A stretch of DNA of 64,000 bases, taken from NCBI GenBank assembly GCA_000708835.1, contig DF237069.1:124001-188000 (forward strand). Reading direction: 5' to 3'. The notes under the pieces were generated by a model. It did no database searches and was not told the origin of the DNA. It saw nothing but the letters and a program-made list of their open reading frames with translations. Every line of letters starts with the position of its first letter. Position 1 is the stretch's first letter. A program made the translations under genes and the position numbers. Positions 24,459 through 43,504 of the stretch are shown here, piece after piece. Origin of the DNA: Klebsormidium nitens (taxonomy: Eukaryota > Plantae > Klebsormidiophyceae).

Positions 24459-25671
24459 TCTTAACGCTTACTCAGCTCAGTGTCAAAGCAACTTGTACAC
24501 TAGAAACTCGCTCAGGAGCAGTTTGCTCTTGGATGTGTATAAATGTAAACAGTGTTTGGTTTGGCAGTGTGCATCTAGGCAGGTTGACTGTGTTTGTGTT
24601 TGAAGGCTGACAAAGGTTTGCCTAATTTCGTGTCATATCTGGCGCCTCACTCAACTTTGCGCTCAACAATCACCGTTTTGGTTATTGCGGCCGCAGGACC
24701 GCAGCTGAAGTCAATAGGGGTTCGATGGTCTCTTTTCACAGTGACGCCGTAGCCAGTGCGCGGCCATATAGGCTTCTCATGGCATACAATGTGTATGATT
24801 GTTCTGTTGCCGATGCTTAGCTACCTAGAATGATCCTTCTCGATTGGACGAAGTGGAAGTATAGAGTCTACTTCTTCAGCACACGTATACAAAAATGGTT
24901 GCTTCAACGAAGTATACGGCGGGGTCTTGCGCGACTGCAGATCAACCATTTCATGAGTTCTTCCCTAACCGTCCATTTGATTGACGCACATGTGGTGCTT
25001 GCAAATCTGGTGCTTGGCCCGACGGTTCATGAAATCGAAGTGACAACTACCTGTGGATTTCCTAGATCATTCTTATACTAAGATGGACGAACCAGTGTAT
25101 GTGGCCGTGGCTATAGGTATCTTCAAAGGTACATAGCACGTACGCTTGTGGACGATCTGAACCGTCCTGACTCATGGGCTACCCGGATATGAGGGCGGAC
25201 CTGTCTAGTGCAATTCCGTCCCAGTCCAAGCTGTCGGATCATTGTAAGTTGGGGACAGAGACGTACGATGTCGGACGTCCGGATCAATCAAGGGCCCCAT
25301 CTGCACCGCGTGTACTAAGACCCGTACATGGATGTAATACTAAGCGGCCGTCGGATGCCAGCTATGCCAACTTCATTCCATATCACAGGCCACGACAGAG
25401 GGCTAATTGCAGTCTCCTATGATTACCGTTGAGTATATTCGACAGCCTTGCTTGCCTGTCCGAATGCAAGATTGGACCCTCGGCCAAAAATCTTCTCAGT
25501 ACTCGGCCTGCAAAGCATTGCAGTGGCCCCCAAACCCACATGTTGCGCGTCCGGGTCCCTCAGCAAAGATTCACATCATCCGTCCCTTACTTTGGCAAAT
25601 GGGTGAAAGCCGCCTGAAATTCGAACTCCTGAGCAATTATTGTCGAGAGCCGGATCGCTTTATTGAGCAGC

Positions 25672-28053
25672 TTAACCCGCTGCGGCCTTGATCTCGCCGG
25701 CTATAGACTCCGCTAAGGTGTCAACTGTGTAATTCTTTCCAAAGAATTTGACAAACTCCATGTTCGGGTCCATAAGATACCTGCACAAATACGAAAGGTG
25801 AGTCAGCATGTGCATCGACCTTCCACCGAGTCATGAGCAGATATCTGCAACCTCCTTTTAAGGCGTAATGAAGTGTAAAAGAGTGGAGGCTTCACAAAAA
25901 CCTCTGGTCCGGTTTATCCACAGCTCATGACATCAGGCGAGGCAGACAAGTCTGCGCGTGGCTTTGAAACTCACTGGATGATTGAATGGTCGACCAGGTA
26001 GTCGTCTCCTTCCTCCTCCGTCTTCATGTAGTATACCCGGTATGCTTTGGCAGCCTGCTTGACCGCTTCAGCACTTCCAGTAAGCCCCACGAGACGGGGG
26101 TGGAACTCTGGAGAAAGGGCGCAGCCTCAATCATTTCCAGACCGACACACAGATATCTGGACACGTCAAGTCGAGATCCTGAACACGCATGCCCTGAGCA
26201 CTGTACAGGTGTAGGACAAAGACAAGGGACAAAACAAACCCTTCCCAGAATTGTGTCTGCAAACTGCTAGAACTAAACGCGATCTAAATCACGGCAGCGG
26301 CATTCGAAAGTCGTGGTCCTTACCTTTGACATATCGCCCCACTTGTTCCACGTTATCTCGTTCTGGATCAACTGAGATGAAGATAGGGACGACCTTGACA
26401 CCGATGTTTGTCTCCACCTGTGGAAAAACGTAAGGTCAATACCCAGACATAACCAGGAGCTTCGTGCAACTTGTCGACTCCCGTTCGGATCCAATAATAC
26501 GATAAAAACTTTAGCTGGAAGAAGCACACGCCTTCTGGAGATCAACCGCTGGTCATCGACCAAACAACTTAAAGTGTATAGACATCCCAGCCCTCAGCCC
26601 TCAGCCCTCAAGTTCCGCAGTGCCCGGGACTGGCTCCTCACCTTGTCGATAGCCTCTGCCATCTTCTTCAACTCGTCAGGACAGATGTCCGGGCAGAAGG
26701 TGAAGCCAAAGTAGACCAGGTTCCAGTTCCCCTTGAAGTCCTTGTCCGTCACCTTCTTCCCATCCTGGTTCACGAGCTCAAACGCACCGCCAATTGCTGC
26801 CTTCCCGACGGACGGACCCTGTTTGACCGTTTCCAGCTTCCGTCGCTTCTCTCGATCATAGAACGCCAGCAGGCCCGCTCCTGTGATCAGCAGCAGGGCG
26901 AGGCTCCCCCAGGACACCGGCTGCAAGAGGGACAGCCGGTTGCTATTTCCACATCCAGAGAAACAATCTCACCCAGCCCTCTGCCATGACTCATGTGGGT
27001 TTTCCTGCTTGGATAAAGTAGATTGGGAGTTGAAGTATGTCAGTCAGTCGCAGAGTATGCTAGCATGTCAGTCAGAGTGAAGGCAAACGTTTTCAGCAAG
27101 ACTGGTCCCCCAAAACGGAGTAGGAGGATGGGGCTGTTGAGATAGGAAAGATCCTGGATAAGGGGGCTAGCCTAGAGAACCAAACAGAGCATTTGAGCCC
27201 AAACATCTTACTTGATTGTCTGATGATTATCAATTTGAAACTTTCAAGGCCTGTGCACCAACTGATGCTAAAATCCCGCATCACCATGCGGCGTTATCTG
27301 CAAGCCCGGACCTCCATCTAACATGTCAACAAGTGTTACTGCTACTGAGCAAAAGATCTTCTGTTGGAACCTGTGTTTGATTGGAACCACGGTGGATCAT
27401 GAACTATTCCTCTATGTGACCAGAGGAAAAACGTTGATTGTCAGCACCCTTCCAGGAGTATGAAGTCAAAATGTCGCTCAAGATCTGCCTCGGACGAGCA
27501 TCTCTACGACGGACAAAACAAACGCACCACCACACCATCAATCACAAAAGTAGGCCCAGATAGCAGAGCAGTGATAACCTTTCGCAAGTGCATCCTTCGT
27601 GACCTGGTTTGCAGCTCCAGCTTTACTGCTTACCCCTGACATTCTTCCCTTCCGCATAGCCACTGTAGCAGCTGGCGTCTGTTCTCCTGACGTACTGGCT
27701 GCTGCCTCCGGTATAGGCTTATCTTTGCCGGCCTCCTTTGCTGCGGCCCCGCTCTCCTCAGCCGCAGCTTTCAGAGTCGGAGACGATGTGAACCGCCGCA
27801 GCATTTGCAATGGGTTCTGCGGCTGTTGCTGAACAGTAATAGTTTCCCATGCTGCGAAGCCATTGGCACTGTTTGCAAGTGTTCGTCCTGAAAAAGTGCT
27901 GAAGTGATTGCTGATCCGTGCTGGCGCTGCCGTGCCTGCTTGCAGGGCCACGCCGAGATCTGGGCCTACGTGTTTCCACATTGCCTGCAAGTGCCATGTC
28001 TGCCGTTCCAAATGCTGCAGAACCTTGTGCAATTTAAACAGCTTCTGAGCCAT
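25672..28053 (-). CDS. SCO1: SCO1/SenC mitochondrial copper chaperone (HCC1-like)
   Basis: Long N-terminal presequence exon (ATG 28053), TM helix [18 protein letters not shown], then [15 protein letters not shown] (CxxxC), [33 protein letters not shown] and [14 protein letters not shown]. Stop at 25672. Confidence 0.95.
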
Positions 28054-29022
28054 CGGTTTCCGAGAAGAAGCTCCTTTTGCGCCACCACTGCCAATCACTG
28101 TGATCACACAGAGTCAGAGTGATCTTGACGAAGACGCAATTCGTGCCTGGACCTCCTCCTCTGACCTTGCCACCTGGACTAGGTCCTAGTCCAGCAAGAA
28201 AAGCAAGGGACAGCTTTCAAGTTTCATAGTAATTCATACGAGGAAGTTCGCTGTTCAAAATCCTCTGGCATATATACCGTAGAGCGCCCAAAACCGGATC
28301 ACGTACCATTAGTGGATCACCTCCGCCCTAAACTGGACCTATCTTGATCCAGTCTCGTATTTCCAACTGTACTAAACTGGATCAGCTCTTTTGTGCGGAA
28401 AACCGAGGTTGTTGACTCCAGAGCACCTCCAGAGCATGACCTAGAGTTGGTCAAATCTGGATCCAAGTGCATCGGCAGATAGCCTTTGAAAAACCTGGAT
28501 ATATGGAGAAAACCGCACTTTAAAATCGTATATTCGTTAAAAAATATTGCAGATAAGCGGTACGAAAAATAAGGTGATCCAGTAATGGGCGCTCTACGGT
28601 AATAGATAGGTGGCGTTTGCATCAAAAATTGTCTCAATTATTGTGCAAGGCCTCTGCCCAACACAGAATCCGATCCGAGGTGGCTGGTGCTATGGTTGGC
28701 CGACCGGGCCGCGTTTCAATAAACCTCCTATCGAAATGGGTTAAGGAGCGCAAACCCAGTCCGATCCTGCCGGTGGGTTCGACGCAAGCCGGTCACCTGC
28801 CGAAACCTTCTACGAAGACTCTCGAACCAAGTGCCGTTTTCTGAAATGGACTCTGTCAACTTCCTGGAACCTCCGAGTCCAGGGAATTTGCAGCGGCAGG
28901 CCGCTCAGCTACTACTAGCTGCATGTTCTGATATTTATGTGAAAGTCCAACTTGGACACACCAGTAGTGCATTTATGGGTCCTGGGTGGCTGCAAAGACT
29001 GAAGAGCTGGCGGGCACTCAAC

Positions 29023-30033
29023 ATGGCGGGTGTTAACAACGGTGTGCCTGCTGGAGAACAAGGTCTGCCAGGGCAAGCAGCGGTACCCAGCGAGGCCGGT
29101 CCAGAAAGGGCACAGGCAGGTGGCGGCGCCACTGGAGGGGAAAGCAACATAGTGTTCAAAAAGAAGGCACCCAGCAAAAACGTGAGGAGGAGAGCTCGCG
29201 ATGATGGTGACGATGATGATGCAGCTGGGGGAGCGTCGGCGGTAGTAAAGAAAAGCAGCAAGCAGCCACGTTGGGAGAAGGACGCTGGGACTCCCGATGA
29301 AGCTGGCGCGCAGAAGAAGGCCGGGTTTGTGTTTGATTCGAGCCGGCAGGTCCAAGTGGTAGGGGATGCAGGGGCCACGAGGACCAACGAAATGGAGACG
29401 GAGTTTGATAAGGATGGGCGGGCGCTGAGAGAGCAGCAGCTGAAGAAAGCAGGGCAAGGGAAAGAGGTCGATGATAAGGTGTACAGGGGTATGAATGCCT
29501 ACACAGATCATCGAGCAGGGTTCCGGAGGGAGCATACGATAGCGGGTGAGAAAGGTGGAGGGGCGCATGGGCCATTGCGGGCGTCTGCGCATCTTCGGGC
29601 GTCGGTCAGGTTTGACTACCAGCCTGACCTGTGTAAGGACTACAAGGAGACAGGATACTGCGGATTCGGGGACGCGTGCAAGTTCATGCACGATAGAGGG
29701 GATTACAAGTCGGGGTGGCAAATGGAAAAAGAGTGGGATGAGAAGGAGAAGTTGAGAAAGGCGAGGTTGGCACAAGGAGTTGAGGAGGAACAAGAGGACG
29801 ACGACGAGGATAGTGATGAGGATGCCTTGCCATTTGCTTGCTTTATCTGCCGGCAGCCTTTCAAGGATCCTGTGGTAACTAAGTGCGGGCACTATTTCTG
29901 TGAACATTGCGCTTTAAAGCATAATTCGAAAACAAAGAACTGCTATGTTTGCGAAAAGCCGACGGGGGGAGTGTTTAACACCGCACATGAGATCATTAAA
30001 AAGATGAAAGAAGAAAAGACTAAAGTAGGATAG
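29023..30033 (+). CDS. RNF113A: RNF113A/Cwc24 spliceosomal CCCH zinc finger + RING protein, intronless CDS
   Basis: Single ORF with [38 protein letters not shown] (CCCH) and [29 protein letters not shown]...CYVC (C3HC4 RING). ATG 29023 is the preferred start. Confidence 0.95.
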   Translation: MAGVNNGVPAGEQGLPGQAAVPSEAGPERAQAGGGATGGESNIVFKKKAPSKNVRRRARDDGDDDDAAGGASAVVKKSSKQPRWEKDAGTPDEAGAQKKAGFVFDSSRQVQVVGDAGATRTNEMETEFDKDGRALREQQLKKAGQGKEVDDKVYRGMNAYTDHRAGFRREHTIAGEKGGGAHGPLRASAHLRASVRFDYQPDLCKDYKETGYCGFGDACKFMHDRGDYKSGWQMEKEWDEKEKLRKARLAQGVEEEQEDDDEDSDEDALPFACFICRQPFKDPVVTKCGHYFCEHCALKHNSKTKNCYVCEKPTGGVFNTAHEIIKKMKEEKTKVG

Positions 30034-30547
30034 TAGGCCCGCTTTGTGTAAGCCTGCTGCAGCAGGAAGACCTTATCTACCTGAGAAAGGTGCATCAAGC
30101 ATCCTTTCAGATGCTCCAAACAGTCGCCAGATCATGTCTTCTTTGTTACAAAACACAACCAACCGTTCCTGCTCTCGGAAGCAATCTATCACTGGTTTGA
30201 CATAATTGCTTGTTGGTCTGCATTTCGTTTTAATTAATCTATGATCCTCGAGCATCAGTCGTTGAGCTGCAACATGAGTTGAGTTATTATTGCAAAGCTC
30301 GATGCATGGCATGTGTCACTTATAGGTGGTTGGCCACCGGTGACATATGTACAGGCAGCTCGTCGGCCAGCTTTAGTATCCCTAGCTGTTCATGATTGCG
30401 TGCTCTTCTAACCCAAGCTTCGATGAAAGATATCCAGCACATGGTCCACCAATTGCTTAACCAGCTGATTCATTTCGACAGAAGCTCCTACACCGCCTAG
30501 GATCGATCATGCACACGCAAACTTGTTGAGCAATTGCATGTTTATCT

Positions 30548-30773
30548 GCAGGAACAATTGTTTTGCAGAATTGGTATGAATTCTGCAATTGACAGATTGG
30601 TTCTAGCTGTCTGACAGTCCCTACCGTCATCATGGCATGTAGGTATATCACATGTTGAGCAATTAAAAGTTCGATAAGCAGGAAAATTTGTTCCAGAATT
30701 GGTATGATTTTTGCAATTGACAGCTGATTGGTTCTGTCTGACAGTCCCTACCGTCATCATGGTAAATATCACA
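30548..30773 (+). repeat. Direct repeat with 130-bp period between the convergent RNF113A and PRMT3 3' ends
   Basis: GCAGGAA...CAGAATTGGTATGA...TGCAATTGACAG...TGTCTGACAGTCCCTACCGTCATCATGG...TATCACA starts at both 30548 and 30678. Confidence 0.9.
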
Positions 30774-30990
30774 AGAAACACGATCCATTTTTGTGTGTTT
30801 GGGTCATGCATAAAAGTCGCAAACGGATCCTTCGCTGTTGCTAGCAAGTGAAGAAGAGCAAGTGAAGATCCCCTCAAATCCGACACCAATTATTCACATC
30901 TTGACAACCCCGCACATTCCACCTTCCAAAATCCCCAATCTTCTGCTGACGGATTATCACCTTTCAATCCCGCTCTTCTGGGCGGCTTCC

Positions 30991-36322
<5,332 letters not shown>

Positions 36323-37675
36323 AGTGCCAATAGCAAAAACTCATACACCTTTTCGTGATGCATTAAATTTACAGCAAGTTGAAAGTGGACCTTGGAATGC
36401 TTGAAGCGATGTCGTGAAACTTGGAAGTGGACCTCGTTAGCTCGGTAATTACTGACAAAGTCAGTACCGAGCTGTCGCAATCGACCCCGGGGTTTCCGAA
36501 AAGGGGGAAGTGGCGATGCAGACTGGATCACTCTATTAAGCCCGGTTCGGCCCGTCGAACGTAGAATTCAGTGATTCACGGTCTGATTTTGCAGACCCCC
36601 ATTTTCGACGGGTTTTGAGGTTCGATGCTTCGCAAAACTTTTTTCTAGGGGTTAAACCCTGAACCCTGCACGTGCCTGTCGGGTCTGCATCGCCCGACTA
36701 CCGACAGAGCCGCGCGGCCGGCCGTTCTCTGAATCGCGCCCGCCAGAAGTCGTAACGGGAATAAGCTTAAGATTTATCATAGCTTATCAGGAGCACACGC
36801 AATCTGACGTACGTATTTGATGCTCGCACGATCGATTATACAATTGTTTGCGGTGGATGGTTATAGTACGTGTAAAGCGTATGTTTGCAGGTCTTATAAA
36901 CTACCGGTATTTCATGCGTCTGAAGACTGAAGTGGCTTTCTTATACTATTTGTATGATTCAGCTGTTTTCGAATGGATTGAAATTTGAAATGATATCGCC
37001 TCATCGTAAACCAAGCGATTGCAGCGTTTCGCTGCCTACATTTTTTTAATTTTGTTTCAACATTCGCCCTACCCTATAGGGCCAGGCGGAATTCACGGGT
37101 TACAAACCCAGTTATACGTTCAAATGTTCGTTTTTCCTGCCCATTCGAACGCCGTTTCAAACCCATCTGACTGCTGCCAGTCGCTACAACTCAGGAGTCT
37201 GAGGACATCCTAGGTGGCGACCATTGCTTTGATTACAGATGAAATGTTAGGGTAGCGGTAGTACCAGGAATATGGCCGAATATACTGGTTTACAGTAAGA
37301 ACACGGTATTTGTGCAGACTAGTAGTAATAGCGAAGTGAGCAAAGCAGCACTGGTGAAGCCGCAGTCGCGACTCGCACCATGGCAGCACAGGCTTGAAGG
37401 AAACTCTCCATGCTGCTTAAACTTATTAAGTGCTTTCAAAGTTGGTCCCGACTCCCACTCCAGCTGGCCTCATTGTCCACTAGCTGTCCTTCGAGTGGCT
37501 CCATACTTTGTCGTCCTCTGATCCTGGTCCAGGATGTGGCGGGCTTGAAACAATGCAGAACGTTGACTGAGAAAGCAATGTGATTGCTGCCAGGCGAGCT
37601 GCTGTGACATTCGAAAGGAGGATAAAGAGAGCGCATTGCCTGCCGACGTTGTTAGCGGAGGGCTCCTCAGAAAAG

Positions 37676-40600
37676 ATGGTCGCAGCCTCGACCTCGCAGT
37701 CAGTGCTACGGAGCTGGCAGGTCGGGAATCCCTCTGTGCCCCGCTCAAAGGCAAATGCGGCACACGTCAGCAAAATTTGCTGCATCCTCAAAAAGGCCAA
37801 TGCAAGCCAGCCCTTCGGCTTCCAGAACCCCACAGGCCTTCCCCACTCTCTGGCTACCCGCAGCCACTGCCATCTCCGGCGTGAGTCTTTCCATGTCAGG
37901 TGCTCGAATGCCGCCGAAGCTGTGGCTGCAAAGCAACATCCGGCCAAGAAGCACCATGACAAGAGGCATGAACACCACAAGGCCACCGAGGACGTCGGTA
38001 TCATTGAGTGGTTGAAGGAAAATGGGGCGGAGCAGCCACAGGTTGCTTTGAAGGACAAGAAGGTCCATGGGCAAAACGAGCGCCCTATTCATGTCCTTGT
38101 GGCAGCAGAGGACCTGAAAGTAAGTCAGGATTGGCACATTCTTTGAGTCGCCAAGGTTTCCAGCCCCTTCAGGGGTGTTGCATTTCGAGCACCCCCACGC
38201 AGCAGCAACAAGTGACGCGTTCAGTGCAATTGGAGAAACCAATTCGTGCGAGCCAGTCACTCAGCTAGGCTCGCTTGGCACAAATCTTCTCGACGGCAGC
38301 CTCGCAACTTTGATTGCACTGTATGACATTCACTACATGCATCAGGGTGTGTAAGGCAACCCAGCTAAGTCTGGACCTGGACCAAGGAAACATAATTGGG
38401 TTTGCCTTGATTCCAGGCCGGCCACAAGGCGCTGTCCATTCCGGACAATCTGGTCGTCACACTTGAACGCGTGCTTGGCGATGAGAACGTTGGTAAGTAA
38501 GCCTGTATGTATTGGCTCAACTTCTGCACGAAATGTGGCAAGCACAATGCTGTTTCTTCTTTCTACTTAATAGTAACAGACAGAGCATCTATCAGAACCT
38601 GTCGTGCAGAGCTCATGCGGTTGTAGTGAGTGGAGACGGGAACTTGTGGCAATCGAGGGACTGTGCTGCATTACAGAAGAGTAGGTAATCCAAGTTCCCA
38701 GCCTCTAGCAGAACACCACAGCAGCAGAGTTCTGAGCAGCATCAGGATCTCAACTAACACCATGTCACAAACAAGGACTGTTGAAGAGTATTACGAATCT
38801 TCTGCAGCGGAGCTCCTGACAACCAACAAGCTGTCGGAGCTGGCGTGCTTGGCCCTGTACCTTATGTATGAGAAGAAGCGGGGGAGGGAGTCGTTCTGGT
38901 TCCCATTCATCCGGGAGCTGGACAGGCAGAGGGGACGGGGACAGGCGGCTGTCGAGTCGCCGCTGCTCTGGTCAAAGGACGAGGTCGACGCGTACTTGCA
39001 AGGGAGTCCAATGAAGGTGAAGGTGGCACGATTTGAGCCTGCATGATCCTACCACACTCTTCTCTTACACCAAGCAGACTATCAACTTTCTTTCCTGGCT
39101 TTCTCAATGTAACATTGCCGTGTGCACCAGTCGGCCTTACATCCTGAAGCCTGCTTCCTCCTGTGCAGCAAATTGTGGCGGAGCGGTTGATTGGCATCGA
39201 GCGGGAATACAACGAGTTGGACACAGTGTGGTTCATGGCGGGCAGCCTGTTCCAGGTGAGGGCTTCCGCTGAGCACCTGGAACTACACTGCCCACTTTCG
39301 CTGTGCCCTCTGGAACTACACCGCCCACTGCACTGTTGTACAGAGGATCTGGCTTCCTTAATGGAAGATGGGGGATGAGGTGTGACTTGCAACGAAAGAA
39401 CCGAGAGTTGGACAGTAGACCTACCCTTGACTTCACTGTTTTAGGTTGGGTCTTGTTGAATACAGTACGCTTCCACAAGAGCGGCATGGTTGTGCTTGGA
39501 TGGTTGTGGAACCCAGCAATTAAGTCTTGCAGATATCTCATCCACGGCTGCTGATCCTGCTCTTGGCTATCTAACTGCAGGAGTACCCGTTTGACATCCC
39601 CACCGAGGCCTTTACCTTCCAGATCTTCAAGCAAGCGTTTGCTGCGGTCCAGGCGTCCGTAGTGCACCTGCAGGTAGTCCTCTAAGCTTCCTTCTCTAGT
39701 GCTCCAACATGCCCCTCCTTCCTTCGAGAGGTTTCCTTTGCTTGGGGTCAGAGTGCCTGAGCTAAGCGGTTCAATCAAAAGGGAAGATGCATAGGTAGGT
39801 CGCTTCCTTTAGCCTTCGACAAACCCCTGTCTGCCGTCCAGTCTTTCGTCCGTTTCGGCAGACAAACTCTTTCCTCCATCTGGGGGGCCTATTCCTTCGT
39901 ATGCTGGTCTGTGACGTGTCCCCCGCTGCTACCAGGGCGTCAACCTGGCCAAGCGCTTTGCGTTGGTGCCGCTCGGCCCGCCGCTGACGTCGTACAAGAG
40001 CAATTGCCGGGCAATGCTCAAGGCGAACGCGGGGCACGTGGAGCTGGAGGTTGACCGGGACTACGAACAAGGGGAGCCCATCGTGGCCTGGTAAGTGGCC
40101 TCGACTAATTCGACTCCAATGCAAAAGCAGGGGCGTCGAGGGGCTTGTGGAGCCGAAAGCACGGGCGGGGTTGCTGGAGGATAGAGTCGTTCTGGCCGTG
40201 CTGGCTTCGATGGTTTGATAAAAAGTCGCCCGCCGTCTTGGACGCTCAAAGAAACCGTTCAACGAGTGTTGTCAGTCCAGCGACCACTTTTGCACTTGGC
40301 CCTCGCTCAAACCGTTCTCTCGGTATGACACCATTCGGTGCGCTGGAGCTGACACTCGGTTGCTCGCACGCAGGTGCGGGCCGCAGCCCAACGTGAAGCT
40401 GTTCTTGAACTACGGCTTTGTGGACGAGGATAACCCGTACGATCGGCTCACTGTGGAGGTAACGATCCAGCACAGCCGCTCATTCATTCTGGAGGTTGTT
40501 TGTTCTTGCGAGCAGATTACGATAGATGCCGCTGACAGTTGGGCCAACTTCATCTGCGATTGAGGGCACTGTTACCTTCCGACGGCCGCCGTATGATTAA

Positions 40601-42206
40601 AACGTGCCATGTCATAGCGTCTAGTTCGAAAAGAAGACCAGCAATCTTCGGGTAGGGGCTTCACTTTGGCTTGGCGCCTTTCCTGAAGGAACTTGCCGCT
40701 CCGGCCTCAGGTCTCCCAAGTGCTTTCGCGTCCGTTAAATCCCGACCATGTCCTACTTGACAAGCAGCTGTTTCGCTAACTGGCCCCTGAGAAAGGCGCC
40801 GAAGCCGGTCTTAACTGAGGTCAAGGGTCGCGGTGCAGGCCGCTCTCGACACCAAGGATCCGCTGTACCAGCAGAAGAAGGCCATCGTGCAGAAGAACGA
40901 GAAGATGCGCGTGCAGGCTTTCCAGGTGCGGCCTCTCTGTCTTGACCATTCTGCGCCACTTGGTGATTTTAGCGACACCTTTGAACCGCGGAGGAGCAGA
41001 TGTGGACAGCGAAATTGCTCTTCACTCGTCCTCACCTCGACTGCTGCCGATTCGTTCTCACCACGGAGAATCACATCTTGGTTTCGTAGGCATCCGTGTC
41101 GTGTTTTTCGAACATTACGAACATGTCATGGGATGCGCCATGCTGTGAGCTAAACCCCAGACGGGTCCGGCCCGGCAAAGTCTGACGGAAACTGTTCCCG
41201 TGTCGATCGCTGTTCAGATCTACCGCAACAAGGAGATGGCTGCGGTGTACGAGATGTTGCCGTACGTCCGCTTGGCGCACGTGGTCGAAGAGGAGGCGCT
41301 GGAGGACGTCATCTTCGCCAAGGGGCCCATCTGCCCCGTGAGTCGGCCGCCCCTCTCTTAAAGACGCGCGAAAATGCATCGCCTTAAGCTGGTGTAGTGT
41401 TCCAGAGCTCTCTTCCACATCTGTCTTCCGAAGTGGTGACATGGAATCACCTGCCAGACACGTGCGAATGAATCCTCCCAGGCTGAGCTGTACTCCAAAG
41501 AAAGAAGAGCGGAAGCGCAATCTAAAGCTGATCTGTTTGCGAGCTAGACAAAGAGGGCCAGGGGAGGCTCAGAGAGGTTTGCCAAATTGTTCGTGATGAC
41601 GAGGGGCCGACCCGGAGTTGCCGCTTGCTCTCATATTTGCAGGTTCCTATTGTGGCTGCGGGAGGGCCTTTCTTTGATGCGCATCTGGTTGCGAAGACGG
41701 GTATCCTGCTGTTGTCACACTCGTTCCGACTCGTGCTTAGGAGCAGATTTAGAAACATAGGGTAAGCATGACCATGTGTGCTGTGGTTCAGGTGAGCCCC
41801 TGCAACGAGAGGGCCGTGTTGAACCAGATTCGGGATTATACCGTTGAGCGCATGGCAGGCTACGCCACGACCATCGAGGAGGACAACAAAGTGGTAAGCC
41901 CCCTCCTGCATTCTTAATTGTTGCTACTTCGACTCTTGTATTTGTTACCTGTTGGCTTATGTGAGATCTATTGAGAATAGCTTGCAATTTGATGTGCTGG
42001 CATTGGTTTTGATCTCAAGCTGGGAATTGCATGTACAGATTGGGGACGACAAAGCACCTCCAAAGAAGCGAGTCGCCTCGAAGTTACTAAAGCTAGAAAA
42101 GAAGATCCTCAGGAACTTCTTGGCAGCTGTCGACGAGTTGATTAACGAACTGCCAGATGGGTCGGATATCCCATGCCAGGGAGTGTTCCCCCCAATCTTT
42201 AAGTAG
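37676..42206 (+). CDS. SAFE1: Plastid Rubisco-LSMT-family SET-domain protein, SAFE1 (At5g14260)-like
   Basis: Transit-peptide-like N-terminus, then ELLTTNKLSELACLALYLMYEKKRGRESFWFPFIRELDRQRGRGQAAVESPLLWS, IEREYNELDTVWFMAGSLFQ, YPFDIPTEAF, CGPQPNVKLFLNYGFVDEDNPYDR and KKRVASKLLKLEKKIL. These match the Arabidopsis At5g14260 sequence as recalled. Confidence 0.85.
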
Positions 42207-43504
42207 CATTGATCTGTCCATTGGTTTCTGAAAGGATCACATCCAACAGTTTGCTAACTTCCCAGAAGCCTCGGAAATCATAGGGTGATACTGAGCCTGC
42301 AAAGTGCAGTGCTATACCATCTTTTTGGATTCCTGCATGAATTTGGTGTCATAGTAAGCTCTTGTGCCTATAGTAGTCAGCAATCTGGCTATATAGTGCT
42401 GTCTTACTTGCGAGTGCACCGATCATGCTGTGCCACATGTGCACGGAACTTCAATACCATGATGACCCCGTGAAGTACGACACTGATGCACATGTGTGCG
42501 CAATTTGAATGACTGGTTGGAACATACCAGGCTAGCTTATCGCTGAATCCTACCATATGCTACTCGCCACGCATCAATCGGAAGCTATGAGGTCAAAATT
42601 CGTAATATGCTCAGAAGCACATGCACATGTCCAACAACAGACGATCTCGACTTTGAGTGAAAATACAAGGTTGCGATATTGGCATGCTATCTCACACTAG
42701 CTATGCGCAAACAGAGGGATGCATAAAGGCGTAAGACTTAGATTATGTTTTTTGCTTCGAGCAATCACCTGTCGTTTCACTGAAAACTACAGAGGAACTG
42801 GGCTGTAAAATCTTTCACTACTTACAAACAGGCTGAAGTGCGAGCTACGTGGATTGGTCCTATACTAGCTTATCCATGTTTCGTCTAGGTAAAGTCAGCC
42901 AATCAAATTCCAGTGCTACGTAGTGAAACCTACAGTAAGTACATGTCCCCACAACTAACAATTTGATGCTATGTACAGTATGCACAGCCTTTACAACAAC
43001 TCCTCCCCCCCAATGCTTTCGATAAATTTCTACAGTTTATTGGTCTAAACAGCATTTACAAGTATGTACAACTGACTATACAACCCTGACAGAATGTACA
43101 AGCACAGGGACCCCTTATGGGTAAGAAGTGCTTCTGTTTGGAAGCACTCGTTCAAAGCTCGACCTTTCAGCGGAGAGGAAGCATGTCTTATAGACTAGCA
43201 GCCACGAGTGACTCCGCGTTCACATATTCCTGCAAACATCACAGTTTGTCAATTTGAGCTGAAAAGTCTTAGAAGCAGCAACTACGTATTGAGCAATGCC
43301 CACCATAAAAGAAGTGCCCGTCTTTGCACTCAACGGATATATCAATCTACGCCAGAAACCCTGAGCCGAGAACGTAATCAAGCATCACAAAGTCTGAACT
43401 CGGAATCAGAATTATATTTTCACTATGCCAGTCGGTGCAAAAGACCAGCTGCAAATAGCGGGGTTTAACTCTTCACATCCGGCCAAGCAATATGCGACCC
43501 TGCG

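Noticed and set aside
28831-29022. In-frame N-terminal extension of RNF113A from a non-ATG start
   Set aside because: The ORF caller used GTG and the extension has no homology-like features; ATG 29023 fits the family length better.
28915-29907. 330-aa antisense ORF opposite RNF113A
   Set aside because: Antisense shadow of a purine-biased CDS; hydrophobic low-information translation with no recognisable domain.
36645-36668. Telomere-like motifs (TAGGGGTTAAACCCTGAACCCTG), also at 12286 and 12714
   Set aside because: Only one or two degenerate units each, so not an interstitial telomere array; at most telo-box-like promoter elements.
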